From positions 2,779 to 66,778 of the forward strand of contig JAUXEM010000001.1 in assembly GCA_030620515.1 (NCBI GenBank): 64,000 bases of DNA, read 5' to 3'. The notes beneath the pieces were generated by a model, which worked only from the letters and a program-made list of their open reading frames with translations, did no database searches and was not told where the DNA came from. Positions 17,464 through 27,277 of this stretch are shown here, piece by piece; within the stretch, counting starts at the first letter, position 1, and every line of letters begins with the position of its first letter. Source of the stretch: Salinivirgaceae bacterium (GTDB taxonomy: Bacteria > Bacteroidota > Bacteroidia > Bacteroidales > SZUA-534). Position numbers and translations under genes: made by a program.

Positions 17464-19638
17464 TTATTTTACAAGAGGCAAAAAGAACCAAAATACGCTA
17501 CCATTACCAACATGGCTTTTGGCATGCAATTTTTGATTATGTTGTTGCAAAAAGTCTCTGCATAAAACAATTCCCAAGCCAGAAGAAGATACTCCTGTTT
17601 CAAGGTTAGTATAAAGCCCCTCCTCAAACAAATTATGTAGCTGATTTTCCGACATACCTATACCAGTATCTTCAACAATAACCTTTACCTCATTGATACC
17701 AACTTGAGTTTTTAAAGTAATGCTTCCTTTTTCAGGTGTGAACTTAACTGCATTCGATAAAAGATTTCGTAATACAGTATTAATCATGTTTTTATCTATA
17801 ACTACAAAAGGAGAATCTTCCAGTTTTTCAATAATTTGTATATTTTTCTGTTTTGCCAATTCTTTTATTAAAAGCAAATTACCTCTAATTATATCGTTTA
17901 ATACTACTTCGTTAAGTTGTGTTTTTAATTCGCCACTCTGATTCATGCCCCATTCCATTAAATTCTCTAATAAGCTTTGTGCATTATTACCAGCATCTTT
18001 AATAAGTAGTAAATATTTTTTAAAAACATCTTTATCGAAATCTATCAGTTGATCTGTTACCAGCGAAACGAAGCTATTAATTGCGTTAAATGGATTGCGT
18101 AAGTCGTGTCCTATTATCGACATAAACTTATCTTTTGTTCTATTAACCTGAATAAGCTTCTGTTTTTGTTCATCGAGCATTACTACCTGATTCGCTATTC
18201 GCATTTTTTGTTTTTCAAGCAGCTTGTTTTTCTTTCTAACTAACCTCATGTACACAATTAGTATACAGGATATTATTAACACTAGTATAAAACCTATTAT
18301 AGATATATTACGAACGTATGTAACCCTTTTTAACCGCAATTCTTGAACTAATTTGTTTGATTTTTCCTGATAGGCTTTTTCTTTTAAGCGATTGTCGAAA
18401 TCATACTGCATCTGTATTTTTGTTACTTCAGAAATTATTTTTTCGTTATGCAGAGTATCCGTAATTTCTCGCGACTTAACTAATAAGTTTGCTGCTTCAA
18501 TATATTGCTCCTGCAACAATAGAATATCAGCCAAAATATTCAGAGCTTCCTTTTCATGTTCTAAGAAAATATCTTTATTTGCTAGCCTAATAGACTCGCG
18601 TAGCTGCATCTCTGAAAGATCATAACTTTCAATTCTTTTATAGTATTTAGCTAACAATATCCTTGCACTTATTATACCATTTGTATTACTGCTTTTTTTA
18701 TAAAACTCTAAACTTTTAGTAAAATCATCCTTAGCTAAATTAATTTTGCCTTGCGCATAATATACATCGCCAAGCTTTATATAAGAATCGGCAATGCCTT
18801 TAATATTTCCTTGTTCAATATAAATTTCCAAACTTCTATTATATGCTGCAATAGCTTTATTATAACTTACTTGATTAAAATATATATCTCCTAAATGTAA
18901 CGATGATATGGCTATACCCGCTTTGTTGTTTATCTCTTTAAACAAACGATAACTGCGTTGTAAACTTACTTTTGCCTGATCGAAACTTGCTATTTTAAAA
19001 TATATATTTCCAATATTTCCATAGGAATTTGCCATTCCGTATTTATCGTTTAACGACTCTTTAATGCGCAAGCTATTATAAAAATGAATTAGTGCTTTAT
19101 CATATTTTCCTTGTTCTGTAAATATAATTCCAATATTTCCATTAGAATATGCTATTCCAATAGTATCATTCAATTCTTGCTTTAATTTAAGACTTTGATT
19201 GTGGTACTCAATAGCTTTTTCAAACTTTCGTTGCCGCCTATAAATTAAGCCAATATTGCCACATGAATTAGCTATTCCTATTTTATTTTTTAATTCGCGC
19301 TCTAGTTTTAAACTCTTATTGTAATATTCTAATGCTAGTTCATTGTTTTGTTTGTCGGCATATATTGCACCAATATTATGGTAAGCTATAGCTAGGCCTG
19401 TTTTGTAATTATTCTTGGTAGATTTTTTTTCGGCTTTAATAGCATATTCCATTGCTAGAACAGGATCGGACCAACGTAATTCTTTTGAAAGCTTATTGAG
19501 AGTTTTAATGTGAACAGTATCGATATTTGTAGTAGTAAGCAGCATTTTTAAACTGTCAACATTATTTTGTCCAATTAATGGATAAGTAATTGCTGCTATA
19601 ACAATTATAAGAAGAGTTCTTTTATTCGGTTTTAGCAT
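17464..19638 (-). CDS. TPR-repeat sensor histidine kinase
   Basis: 724 aa; signal/anchor, about 8 TPR units (repeating ..A.SY.NIG.IY...), one TM (ISIIGFILVLIISCILIVY), HisKA FMSIIGHDLRNP, and HATPase_c with VEDTGIGM and SGLGIVLCRDF. Confidence 0.9.
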   Translation of the reverse strand: MLKPNKRTLLIIVIAAITYPLIGQNNVDSLKMLLTTTNIDTVHIKTLNKLSKELRWSDPVLAMEYAIKAEKKSTKNNYKTGLAIAYHNIGAIYADKQNNELALEYYNKSLKLERELKNKIGIANSCGNIGLIYRRQRKFEKAIEYHNQSLKLKQELNDTIGIAYSNGNIGIIFTEQGKYDKALIHFYNSLRIKESLNDKYGMANSYGNIGNIYFKIASFDQAKVSLQRSYRLFKEINNKAGIAISSLHLGDIYFNQVSYNKAIAAYNRSLEIYIEQGNIKGIADSYIKLGDVYYAQGKINLAKDDFTKSLEFYKKSSNTNGIISARILLAKYYKRIESYDLSEMQLRESIRLANKDIFLEHEKEALNILADILLLQEQYIEAANLLVKSREITDTLHNEKIISEVTKIQMQYDFDNRLKEKAYQEKSNKLVQELRLKRVTYVRNISIIGFILVLIISCILIVYMRLVRKKNKLLEKQKMRIANQVVMLDEQKQKLIQVNRTKDKFMSIIGHDLRNPFNAINSFVSLVTDQLIDFDKDVFKKYLLLIKDAGNNAQSLLENLMEWGMNQSGELKTQLNEVVLNDIIRGNLLLIKELAKQKNIQIIEKLEDSPFVVIDKNMINTVLRNLLSNAVKFTPEKGSITLKTQVGINEVKVIVEDTGIGMSENQLHNLFEEGLYTNLETGVSSSGLGIVLCRDFLQQHNQKLHAKSHVGNGSVFWFFLPLVK

Positions 19639-19735
19639 AGAATCTAATAGTTCATGATAAAAGTAATAAAAAAGTTGAATTTTTTGCCTTACAAAAGCTT
19701 TTTTCAGAAAGCTTAGTTTATAGATAGTTATATTT

Positions 19736-19820
19736 TAGACTTGCCAGCAGGCTTAATATCAAACCTTGGCTACTTAGCGGCTTTGCGAGAAACAAAGACC
19801 TGTCTGCCACAGACAGGTTT
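19736..19820. repeat. AGACCTG(C/T)CT..CAGACAGG-family palindromes
   Basis: tagacttgccagcaggc, then 43 nt, then agacctgtctgccacagacaggt (perfect cctgtctg/cagacagg stem). Confidence 0.6.
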
Positions 19821-20058
19821 AACGAAGTATTAAAAGTAGAACTATAGAATAAACTTAATACGGAGTTAATAATTAGTTCAGCATAGCTACGAATACATAA
19901 TAATTATTGAGAAAGCTAAAGTATTACGACCCTAATCAAACAATCAAACCTAAGAAATTACAATACAATCATTATATCATTCACTCATTCTAACATTAGC
20001 AGAATAAAAATCAACCTGACCTAATTAATGAAAACAGCTAATGTCTCATTTCTTATTG

Positions 20059-21171
20059 CTAACCTTCAATAAGCTCATTAATCCAATTTGCATCTTCTTT
20101 TATTCTAGTATATAAAGATGTTGAAAAACGCTTAGAGAATTTTGCATCCCAAAACCATTTTTCAATATGCTTAATATGCTCTTCGCTAATTTCGGTGTGT
20201 CCACTTTTAAAGAAATAGTATTGTATTACTGGCATAAGATTATGATAAACAGAAATGTCGTTAACTACACGCATGTGCTTAAAGAAATTTAATGTTGCAT
20301 TTAACGCGGTTTTGGTTCTTGGCCATAAACGATAGCATAATTCAGGCGATAATCTTAATTGGTATAAGTTTCTGGCATCGTCAAACGCATTTAGGGTTAA
20401 CGACAAAGTAAAAACCTTATTACTAATTTTTCCAAATTGCTTTATCACTTTTGGCGTATTAAACTCTGCAATTTTTTCTTTTAAATCGAATTTATCTGAC
20501 CAAGTTGCGGCATGAATTAAGTCGAATACGGTAAGGTGTTTTCCTCCTTGATTTATTCGTTCAAATATCTCAACAACTTCATCCAGTTCTTCGTTATTGG
20601 TTTTTACAATACTAATGGGGTAGTTTGAAAAAACCTCTTGGCATTCGCGCCAAACCTCAGCTAGTTTGTTATTCTTTTTTCCAAATTTTTTATCGTCCAT
20701 TAAAAGCTCTGCATATACTTCACCATATTTTTCAGTATCGAATAATTTCCAAGCAGGAATGTTATTTTTCTCTCTTTTGCTTCTTGGAATTCTAAATTCT
20801 TGCTTTTCAGGATTAAAACAAATACTTCCATAATCAACCTTATCGAACACCTTTCCCCTTAGCGATACATACAACGATATCATACGTTGCTGCCCATCAA
20901 GTATAAACTGGAATGAACCATTTTGTGCCGCGGGCTTAAAACCTAAAGAATCGTTTTCACGAATAAAGCCAGAGTATTCTGAAGGAGCTATCCAAAAAAA
21001 GAATGAACCGATGGGAAACTGGTTATAAATAGAATTAAGTAGCTTTACTACCTTGGTTTTTTCCCAAATATAATCGCGCTGAAATTTGGGAATTTTAATA
21101 TGACCAGCCTCTAGTTCCGAAATCAGTTTTTTAAGATTCCAGTTGTTAATTATCTCCAGTTTTTGTTCCAT
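20059..21171 (-). CDS. DUF262 (ParB-like nuclease/GmrSD N-terminal-type) domain protein
   Basis: 370 aa; IKIPKFQRDYIWEKTKVVKLLNSIYNQFPIGSFFFW and FILDGQQRMISL are the DUF262 signature motifs. No DUF1524/HNH half is visible. Confidence 0.8.
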   Translation of the reverse strand: MEQKLEIINNWNLKKLISELEAGHIKIPKFQRDYIWEKTKVVKLLNSIYNQFPIGSFFFWIAPSEYSGFIRENDSLGFKPAAQNGSFQFILDGQQRMISLYVSLRGKVFDKVDYGSICFNPEKQEFRIPRSKREKNNIPAWKLFDTEKYGEVYAELLMDDKKFGKKNNKLAEVWRECQEVFSNYPISIVKTNNEELDEVVEIFERINQGGKHLTVFDLIHAATWSDKFDLKEKIAEFNTPKVIKQFGKISNKVFTLSLTLNAFDDARNLYQLRLSPELCYRLWPRTKTALNATLNFFKHMRVVNDISVYHNLMPVIQYYFFKSGHTEISEEHIKHIEKWFWDAKFSKRFSTSLYTRIKEDANWINELIEG

Positions 21172-21236
21172 AATAGGCAGTTATTTGATATATGCACTAA
21201 AGTAAAGGTTTTTTAATTCTTGACCAACAAGCAGCT

Positions 21237-22847
21237 CTAGTTGTTTAACTTACTCTTAATCTGGGCTATTTCTTTAAACATTTTCCATACCCTAAATTTC
21301 AAAATGGTTGTGGCACAAAGCATGCCCGAAAGCATTGCTCCTGCTAAACCAACAAGCATAATGTCTTGTCCAACCAAACGTAAGCCTTTAATTTTGGTTT
21401 CGCTTCTTAAAAATGGCAAGGCAAAGCGCTCAGGAGTGTGCTCAAGTCCATATATTTCGCCATGCTGACAATTTGAAAAATGCTTAGTTGATAAGGGAGA
21501 AGATACTTCCGTTATAGCAATATGCCCTTTAATCTGAGGAAATAATTTGAAGAGCCTATCGAGCATAATCTTTTCAAACTGCTTTTTCAATTTCATATAT
21601 TCCTCACCTCGTTTCATAACTGGTAGTTTCTCGTATTTTTTAAACCAGCTATAACGACCCATAGATATTACCTGAATTGTTGCTTTATCGGGATACTCTT
21701 GGTTCCATTGAGAATCTTTAGCAGATGGAAAAGATATGTAGGCAGATTTCTTAGCAACGTCCATTAAATTACTCTCCTCAAAAATGGCATCGTAGTCATC
21801 TGAATCGTAACACCACAAGTTATGTTTTGGCAAAGCTAAATATTTATCCGATTTATTTAAACCAACATATAAACACATGTGTCCAATTGATGGCTCTACA
21901 TTTTCAAGATTGATTTTGCATTTCTGCTTTGCTTTAACGCTAACTAAGCTATTAAAGGTATTGTTAATTCCGACATTACTTATTACACTTTTGCAAGCAA
22001 TAAAGTCTTCTCCAACTTTTATTCCTTTTACTCTGTTTTTATTGCTAACAATTTCTGTTACATTGGCATTAACAAACACTTCGCCTCCGTAATAATTTAG
22101 GGTTTCTATTGTCGCATTACTTATACTATCAACACCTCCTTTAGGATAGTAACCACCTTGCATAAAATGACCAACTATCATGGCATGGGCAGCAAAACTA
22201 CTGAACTTTGGTGTTAAGCCATAATTACCAAACTGCCCACACAAAACAGCTATAAGACGTTTATTACTGGTAAGCTCGCTTAAAGTATCATAAGTAGTTT
22301 TTTGTGAATATTTAGCATATCTCTTTCTTAAAAGTGCGCCAAGCGTTTTGCTTAAAATTGGTTTAAATGTTTTCTCTAGAAAGAAAGCTCCTCCAAGTTT
22401 ATTAACCTTTTGAATAAGATTTAGATAGTTATAAATTGCCTTTTCTTCATCTGGGAAATAAGCTACTAATTGTTTTCTAAAATTTTCTTTCCCTGCTTTA
22501 AGTTCATAAGTATCGTTAGCAATTTTAATCACATCGTATACCTCGCCCATGTCTTCCCATTCAACTTTACTATTAGTAATAAAGTCGAATAATCCACGAA
22601 CTGAACCTTGCTTGCCTAAGTTACCCACATAATGCACTCCAACATCCCATTTAAATCTACCTTTGCGCTCAAAACAATGGGTAAAACCACCAGGCTTAAA
22701 ATGACGCTCAAATACTGCTACTTTTTTACCAGCTTTTGCTAACCAAACAGCAACGGTTAAACCTCCTATACCTGAACCTACTATTAAGTGGTCAAATTCA
22801 GAAAAGTCAATGCTTGAAGAGTATTGTTTGTAAAGTTGCTTATTCAT
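21237..22847 (-). CDS. FAD/NAD(P)-dependent oxidoreductase, phytoene-desaturase (CrtI)/retinol-saturase-like
   Basis: 536 aa; dinucleotide fold HLIVGSGIGGLTVAVWLAKAGKKVAVFERHFKPGG and a hydrophobic C-terminal helix. Confidence 0.8.
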   Translation of the reverse strand: MNKQLYKQYSSSIDFSEFDHLIVGSGIGGLTVAVWLAKAGKKVAVFERHFKPGGFTHCFERKGRFKWDVGVHYVGNLGKQGSVRGLFDFITNSKVEWEDMGEVYDVIKIANDTYELKAGKENFRKQLVAYFPDEEKAIYNYLNLIQKVNKLGGAFFLEKTFKPILSKTLGALLRKRYAKYSQKTTYDTLSELTSNKRLIAVLCGQFGNYGLTPKFSSFAAHAMIVGHFMQGGYYPKGGVDSISNATIETLNYYGGEVFVNANVTEIVSNKNRVKGIKVGEDFIACKSVISNVGINNTFNSLVSVKAKQKCKINLENVEPSIGHMCLYVGLNKSDKYLALPKHNLWCYDSDDYDAIFEESNLMDVAKKSAYISFPSAKDSQWNQEYPDKATIQVISMGRYSWFKKYEKLPVMKRGEEYMKLKKQFEKIMLDRLFKLFPQIKGHIAITEVSSPLSTKHFSNCQHGEIYGLEHTPERFALPFLRSETKIKGLRLVGQDIMLVGLAGAMLSGMLCATTILKFRVWKMFKEIAQIKSKLNN

Positions 22848-23051
22848 TCTTTCAAAGAGATTATAAACAAAGATGCAATAAGTTTAAGAGAAAAAAAAGG
22901 ATCTTGCTCTGTAAGCTAGAACAACCATATTCCAAATTTTGTGTTAGATGCTAGGCGAAAAAACATAGCAATTGTAATGCGAAATGGCAATATTCAGACT
23001 TTAACTTTATAATACTTTTAAAATGATTAAATTTGTATAAATTTTGAAAGT

Positions 23052-23933
23052 ATGAGTAATAAGAATTTAGTACGGTTTGATTGGGCTATAAAACGACTTT
23101 TAAGAAATAAAGCTGATTTTTCAGTGTTGGAAGGCTTTTTATCAGAATTGTTAAATGAAAAAATACTAATTGAAGAGACTCTTGAAAGTGAAGGTAATCA
23201 ACAATCAGATAATGATAAATTTAATCGTGTAGATATTCTTGTAAAAAATTCAAAAGGGGAATTAGTAATTGTTGAAATACAGAACCAAAATGAATTTGAT
23301 TACTTTCAACGAATGACATATGGCACATCAAAGGTTACTACGGAATTTTTAGCATTAGGAGAAAAATACAAAAACCTTAAGAAAGTATATTCAATTAATA
23401 TCGTGTATTTTGATTTAGGACAAGGCAAAGATTATGTTTATCATGGTAAGACTGATTTTATAGGAGTTCATAAGTCTGATAAATTATTGTTGTCTGCAAA
23501 ACAATCAGAAATATTTGGAAAAACTGAACCATTTGAAATTTTACCTGAATATTATGTAATTAAGGTTAATAATTTTGACGATGTTGCAAAAGATAAATTA
23601 GACCAATGGATTTATTACTTTAAAAATAATGAAATAAGAGATGATTTTACAGCTCAAGGAATGGATAAGGCAAGAGAACTATTGAGAGTTGATAATTTAT
23701 CGGAGCAAGACCAGAAAAAGTATTTAAAACATCTTGATAATCTACATTATCATGCGAGTATGGAATGGACTTTGAAAATTGAAGCAGAAGATAGAGTTAA
23801 AAAAGAAGGAATTGAACAAGGAATTGAACAAGAAAATAAACGTATGGCGAAAGGTTTGAAAGATAATAAAATCGATCTTAAAACAATTATTGCAGTAACA
23901 GGGCTAACGAAAAATGAGATAGATAAGCTGTAA
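23052..23933 (+). CDS. PD-(D/E)XK nuclease family transposase / Rpn-like recombination-promoting nuclease
   Basis: 293 aa; FDWAIKRLLRNKADFSVLEGFLSELL and RVDILVKNSKGELVIVEIQNQ (D..E.Q core) are typical of the family. Confidence 0.8.
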   Translation: MSNKNLVRFDWAIKRLLRNKADFSVLEGFLSELLNEKILIEETLESEGNQQSDNDKFNRVDILVKNSKGELVIVEIQNQNEFDYFQRMTYGTSKVTTEFLALGEKYKNLKKVYSINIVYFDLGQGKDYVYHGKTDFIGVHKSDKLLLSAKQSEIFGKTEPFEILPEYYVIKVNNFDDVAKDKLDQWIYYFKNNEIRDDFTAQGMDKARELLRVDNLSEQDQKKYLKHLDNLHYHASMEWTLKIEAEDRVKKEGIEQGIEQENKRMAKGLKDNKIDLKTIIAVTGLTKNEIDKL

Positions 23934-24175
23934 GCCAAGCACGCAACATGCAATATACGTAAGTTGGAGGATTGTTGCTAATTTAAAGTTTTGTACATCT
24001 ACTCAAAATTGTAACAGTTTAATAAGTTGGAGCTTCGAAAACCCATCCTCCGAATATTGCCAACCTTAATACCTGTAATTAGTGGAGAAAAGACAGAGTT
24101 TTATGAATGGAAATTTTAAATGCGCTTGCACTATGTTGTAAGCACTCTCCAAAAAGACAAACCAAAAATAAATAA

Positions 24176-25639
24176 CTACTTCTTCCAGAATGCAGGAGAG
24201 AATACTATTAATACTGTAAATATCTCTAAACGCCCCAATAACATAAAAAAGGATAGTAACCATTTGCCAGCTACTGGTATGTGTTCAAAATTCTCTACCG
24301 GCCCAACAGAACCTAAGCCCGGACCAATATTACCCAGTGTTGCCGCAACTGAGCCCATTGCCGATTCCATGTCGAGACCCATGCCAGCCATAATTACTGA
24401 GCCAACCATGAAAATAAGAAGGTAAAAAACAATAAAGGCAAGCACGTTATTTACCAAAGGCTGCGGTACTGCTTTTTTGTTTAAGCGCATTGGAATTACA
24501 GCTTTGGGATGTATTAGTCTTTTAAGTTCAAAGTAGCAATTTTTCATTATTACTATTACACGTATTACCTTAACGCCACCTCCTGTTGAACCCGACGAGC
24601 CACCAATAAACATCAGTGAAAAAATTAGAGCCAGTAAAAGCGGAGGCCACAATAAATAATCGGCAGTAACAAATCCTGTGGTAGTAAGTATGGAAACCAC
24701 TTGAAAAAAAGCATCTCTAAATGAACCTTCTACTGATGCATTTCCTACATTCATAAGACTAAAAGCTATGAAAAAAGTAAAAACAATTACAATTAAAGCA
24801 TAAACTTTAAACTCTTCGTTTTTAAGAATTTTTTTAAAATCGAACTTTAAAGCAAAGTACGAAAGTGTAAAGTTAACCCCCGCAATGAGCATAAAAAGTG
24901 TTATTATGTAATGTGTATATGGCGAAGTAAAATATGCAACACTGGCTTGCTTGGTTGAATACCCTCCGGTAGCCATAGTAGTGAACGAATGGCAAACTGC
25001 ATCGAATAAAGACATTTCTCCTGCCCATAGCAGCAGTATCTCTACAACTGTAAAACCAACATAGATTATCCATAAACGCTGGGCTGTTTCTTTTACCCTT
25101 GGGTGTAATTTATCGGGAGTTAAACCAGGCACTTCAGCCGAAAAAAGCTGCATGCCTCCAACACCTAAAAATGGTAAAATTGCCAACGACAATACAATTA
25201 TTCCCATACCACCCATCCACTGGGTTATGCTTCGCCAAAATAATATGCCATGGGGTAAACTTTCAATATTATTTAGTATAGATGCGCCTGTTGTTGTAAA
25301 TCCCGAAATAGTTTCGAAAAAAGCATTGGTAAAATCAGGTATAGTTTGACTAAATAAAAAAGGCAAAGCCCCAAATATTGAAAATACCACCCAAACCGAA
25401 CTTACAATAATATAACCCTCGCGTTTTCCAAATTCTTTTTTAGCATGCCTATTAAAATAAATAGTTACCCAACCAACAAACGAAGTAATTAAAAAAGAAT
25501 ATAAGAATGGTAGAGCATCGCCCTCATCATACAAAAGAGCCACAAAAAAAGACAGTAATAAAAAGAAGCCTTCAATAGCTAAAAGGTAGCCTAGTAGTTT
25601 AAAAATTATTTTTTTATTAATCATTGAATATGCCTTCAT
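24176..25639 (-). CDS. trkH: TrkH-family K+ uptake membrane subunit
   Basis: 487 aa polytopic; repeated pore-loop motifs ISGFTTTGAS, TTMATGGYS, LTTTGF, GGSSGSTGGG. Confidence 0.9.
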   Translation of the reverse strand: MKAYSMINKKIIFKLLGYLLAIEGFFLLLSFFVALLYDEGDALPFLYSFLITSFVGWVTIYFNRHAKKEFGKREGYIIVSSVWVVFSIFGALPFLFSQTIPDFTNAFFETISGFTTTGASILNNIESLPHGILFWRSITQWMGGMGIIVLSLAILPFLGVGGMQLFSAEVPGLTPDKLHPRVKETAQRLWIIYVGFTVVEILLLWAGEMSLFDAVCHSFTTMATGGYSTKQASVAYFTSPYTHYIITLFMLIAGVNFTLSYFALKFDFKKILKNEEFKVYALIVIVFTFFIAFSLMNVGNASVEGSFRDAFFQVVSILTTTGFVTADYLLWPPLLLALIFSLMFIGGSSGSTGGGVKVIRVIVIMKNCYFELKRLIHPKAVIPMRLNKKAVPQPLVNNVLAFIVFYLLIFMVGSVIMAGMGLDMESAMGSVAATLGNIGPGLGSVGPVENFEHIPVAGKWLLSFFMLLGRLEIFTVLIVFSPAFWKK

Positions 25640-25669
25640 AGGAATCCTTGTGCTATTTAAAAAATTAAC

Positions 25670-27010
25670 TTAGTTAAAGAATCTATCTAGTTTTTTTAAG
25701 GCACTAGGCAGGGCAAAAACAACTACCCTATCGTTAGAATGTATCTGAGTGTCGCCTGTAGCAATAAAGCTTGAACGGTCACGAATTACACCACCAATTA
25801 CAGCATCTTTCGGAAAACTCATTTCGCATAAAGGAACTTTGGTTATTTTAGAATTTGCTTTCACAATAAACTCTAGCACTTCGGCATCGGAACCTGTTAA
25901 GCACAAGAACGATGGAACATTTGCAGTCATAGTAAAACGTAGAATGTAACTTGCTGCTATTAGTTTTTTATTTATCATGGCATCAATTCCCATACTTTCG
26001 GCCAAATGCAAGTAGTCAATATTCTCAACAGAGGCAATAGCTTTTTTAACTCCCATTTTTTTAGCTTGAATACAAGATAGGATATTGAGTTCATCGTCAC
26101 CCGTAACCCCAATGAAAACATCCATCATGGCTAATCCCTCTTCTTTCATGGTTTCCATGTCACGCCCGTCGGCATTTATCACTAGTGAATTGCTCAAGTA
26201 ATCGGCTACTTCTTCCGATTTTTGCTTATCAATTTCAATTACTTTGATATTCGAATTTTTCTCTAAGGCATGCGCTGCTCTAATTCCCATTCTGCTGGCT
26301 CCAAGAATCATAATATTATTGCATACCAACTTTTTTGTACCGGCGTATTCCATCATTTGCGAAATGCCTTTTTGGTTGGTAATTACATATACTAAATCGC
26401 CTTCGTGAAAAACTTCATCAGGCCCTGGAATCATTGTTTCATTATCGCGAGAAATAGCTACTGCTCGAAATACTAAATCTTTCCTATTTATTTGAACCTC
26501 TGCCAGGCTTTTACCGATAATTGGCGCATCGCTTTCCAATTTTATTACAAATAATGATAGCTTGCCTCCATGAAAATTAAATACCTCGGAAGTACCTGTT
26601 TCGTTTAACAGATTAATAATTTCGCGAGCTGCTAATTTTTGCGGATAAATTAATGAGTCGATGCCCATATTATAAAAATGGGCTTTATTTAAAGGTAGTA
26701 AGTATTCCTGATTATCGATGCGAGCAATGGTTTTTGCTGCACCCAATTGCTTGGCTAACATACATGCTGTAATGTTTATTTCCACTGTATGTGTTAAGGC
26801 CACAAATAAGTCGGCTCTTTTAATTCCAGCTTCCTTTAAATCGGCAAAAGAAGTTGTTGAACCGTGCACTGTCATTACATCGTAATGAGAGCTAACCTCT
26901 TGCAACACCTCTTCTTTTTTGTCAATAACCACAATTTCGTGATTTCCATCAGAAAGCATCTTTGTCATATGCATTCCAATATCACCCATCCCCACTATGA
27001 TAATTCTCAT
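25670..27010 (-). CDS. trkA: Trk system NAD-binding subunit TrkA
   Basis: 446 aa; two Rossmann RCK_N units (MRIIIVGMGDIGMHM and IMILGASRMGIRAA), each followed by an RCK_C. Confidence 0.9.
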   Translation of the reverse strand: MRIIIVGMGDIGMHMTKMLSDGNHEIVVIDKKEEVLQEVSSHYDVMTVHGSTTSFADLKEAGIKRADLFVALTHTVEINITACMLAKQLGAAKTIARIDNQEYLLPLNKAHFYNMGIDSLIYPQKLAAREIINLLNETGTSEVFNFHGGKLSLFVIKLESDAPIIGKSLAEVQINRKDLVFRAVAISRDNETMIPGPDEVFHEGDLVYVITNQKGISQMMEYAGTKKLVCNNIMILGASRMGIRAAHALEKNSNIKVIEIDKQKSEEVADYLSNSLVINADGRDMETMKEEGLAMMDVFIGVTGDDELNILSCIQAKKMGVKKAIASVENIDYLHLAESMGIDAMINKKLIAASYILRFTMTANVPSFLCLTGSDAEVLEFIVKANSKITKVPLCEMSFPKDAVIGGVIRDRSSFIATGDTQIHSNDRVVVFALPSALKKLDRFFN

Positions 27011-27106
27011 ATTGAATTTTTATTACGCACAAAGTAAATTATAATAGAATGAATTTACCAAAAAATACCATTATATTTTTTCCTTTTTATAAAAGACATC
27101 TTTGTA

Positions 27107-27177
27107 ATAGATCGTTAGATTTTAGACCTGCCTGCAGACAGGCATTATATGTTAGACCTGTGTGCAGCCGGCAGGCA
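27107..27177. repeat. Tandem AGACCTGCCT..CAGACAGG-family palindromes
   Basis: atagatcgttagattttagacctgcctgcagacaggc, then attatatgt, then tagacctgtgtgcagccggcaggc. Confidence 0.65.
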
Positions 27178-27277
27178 AAAGTGTAATTACTTGAATAATA
27201 AACCTTTAGATAAATATCCGACAATATTACACTTAGTTGAATATCAATACATTATGAAATAATGACGAACTATTTTT

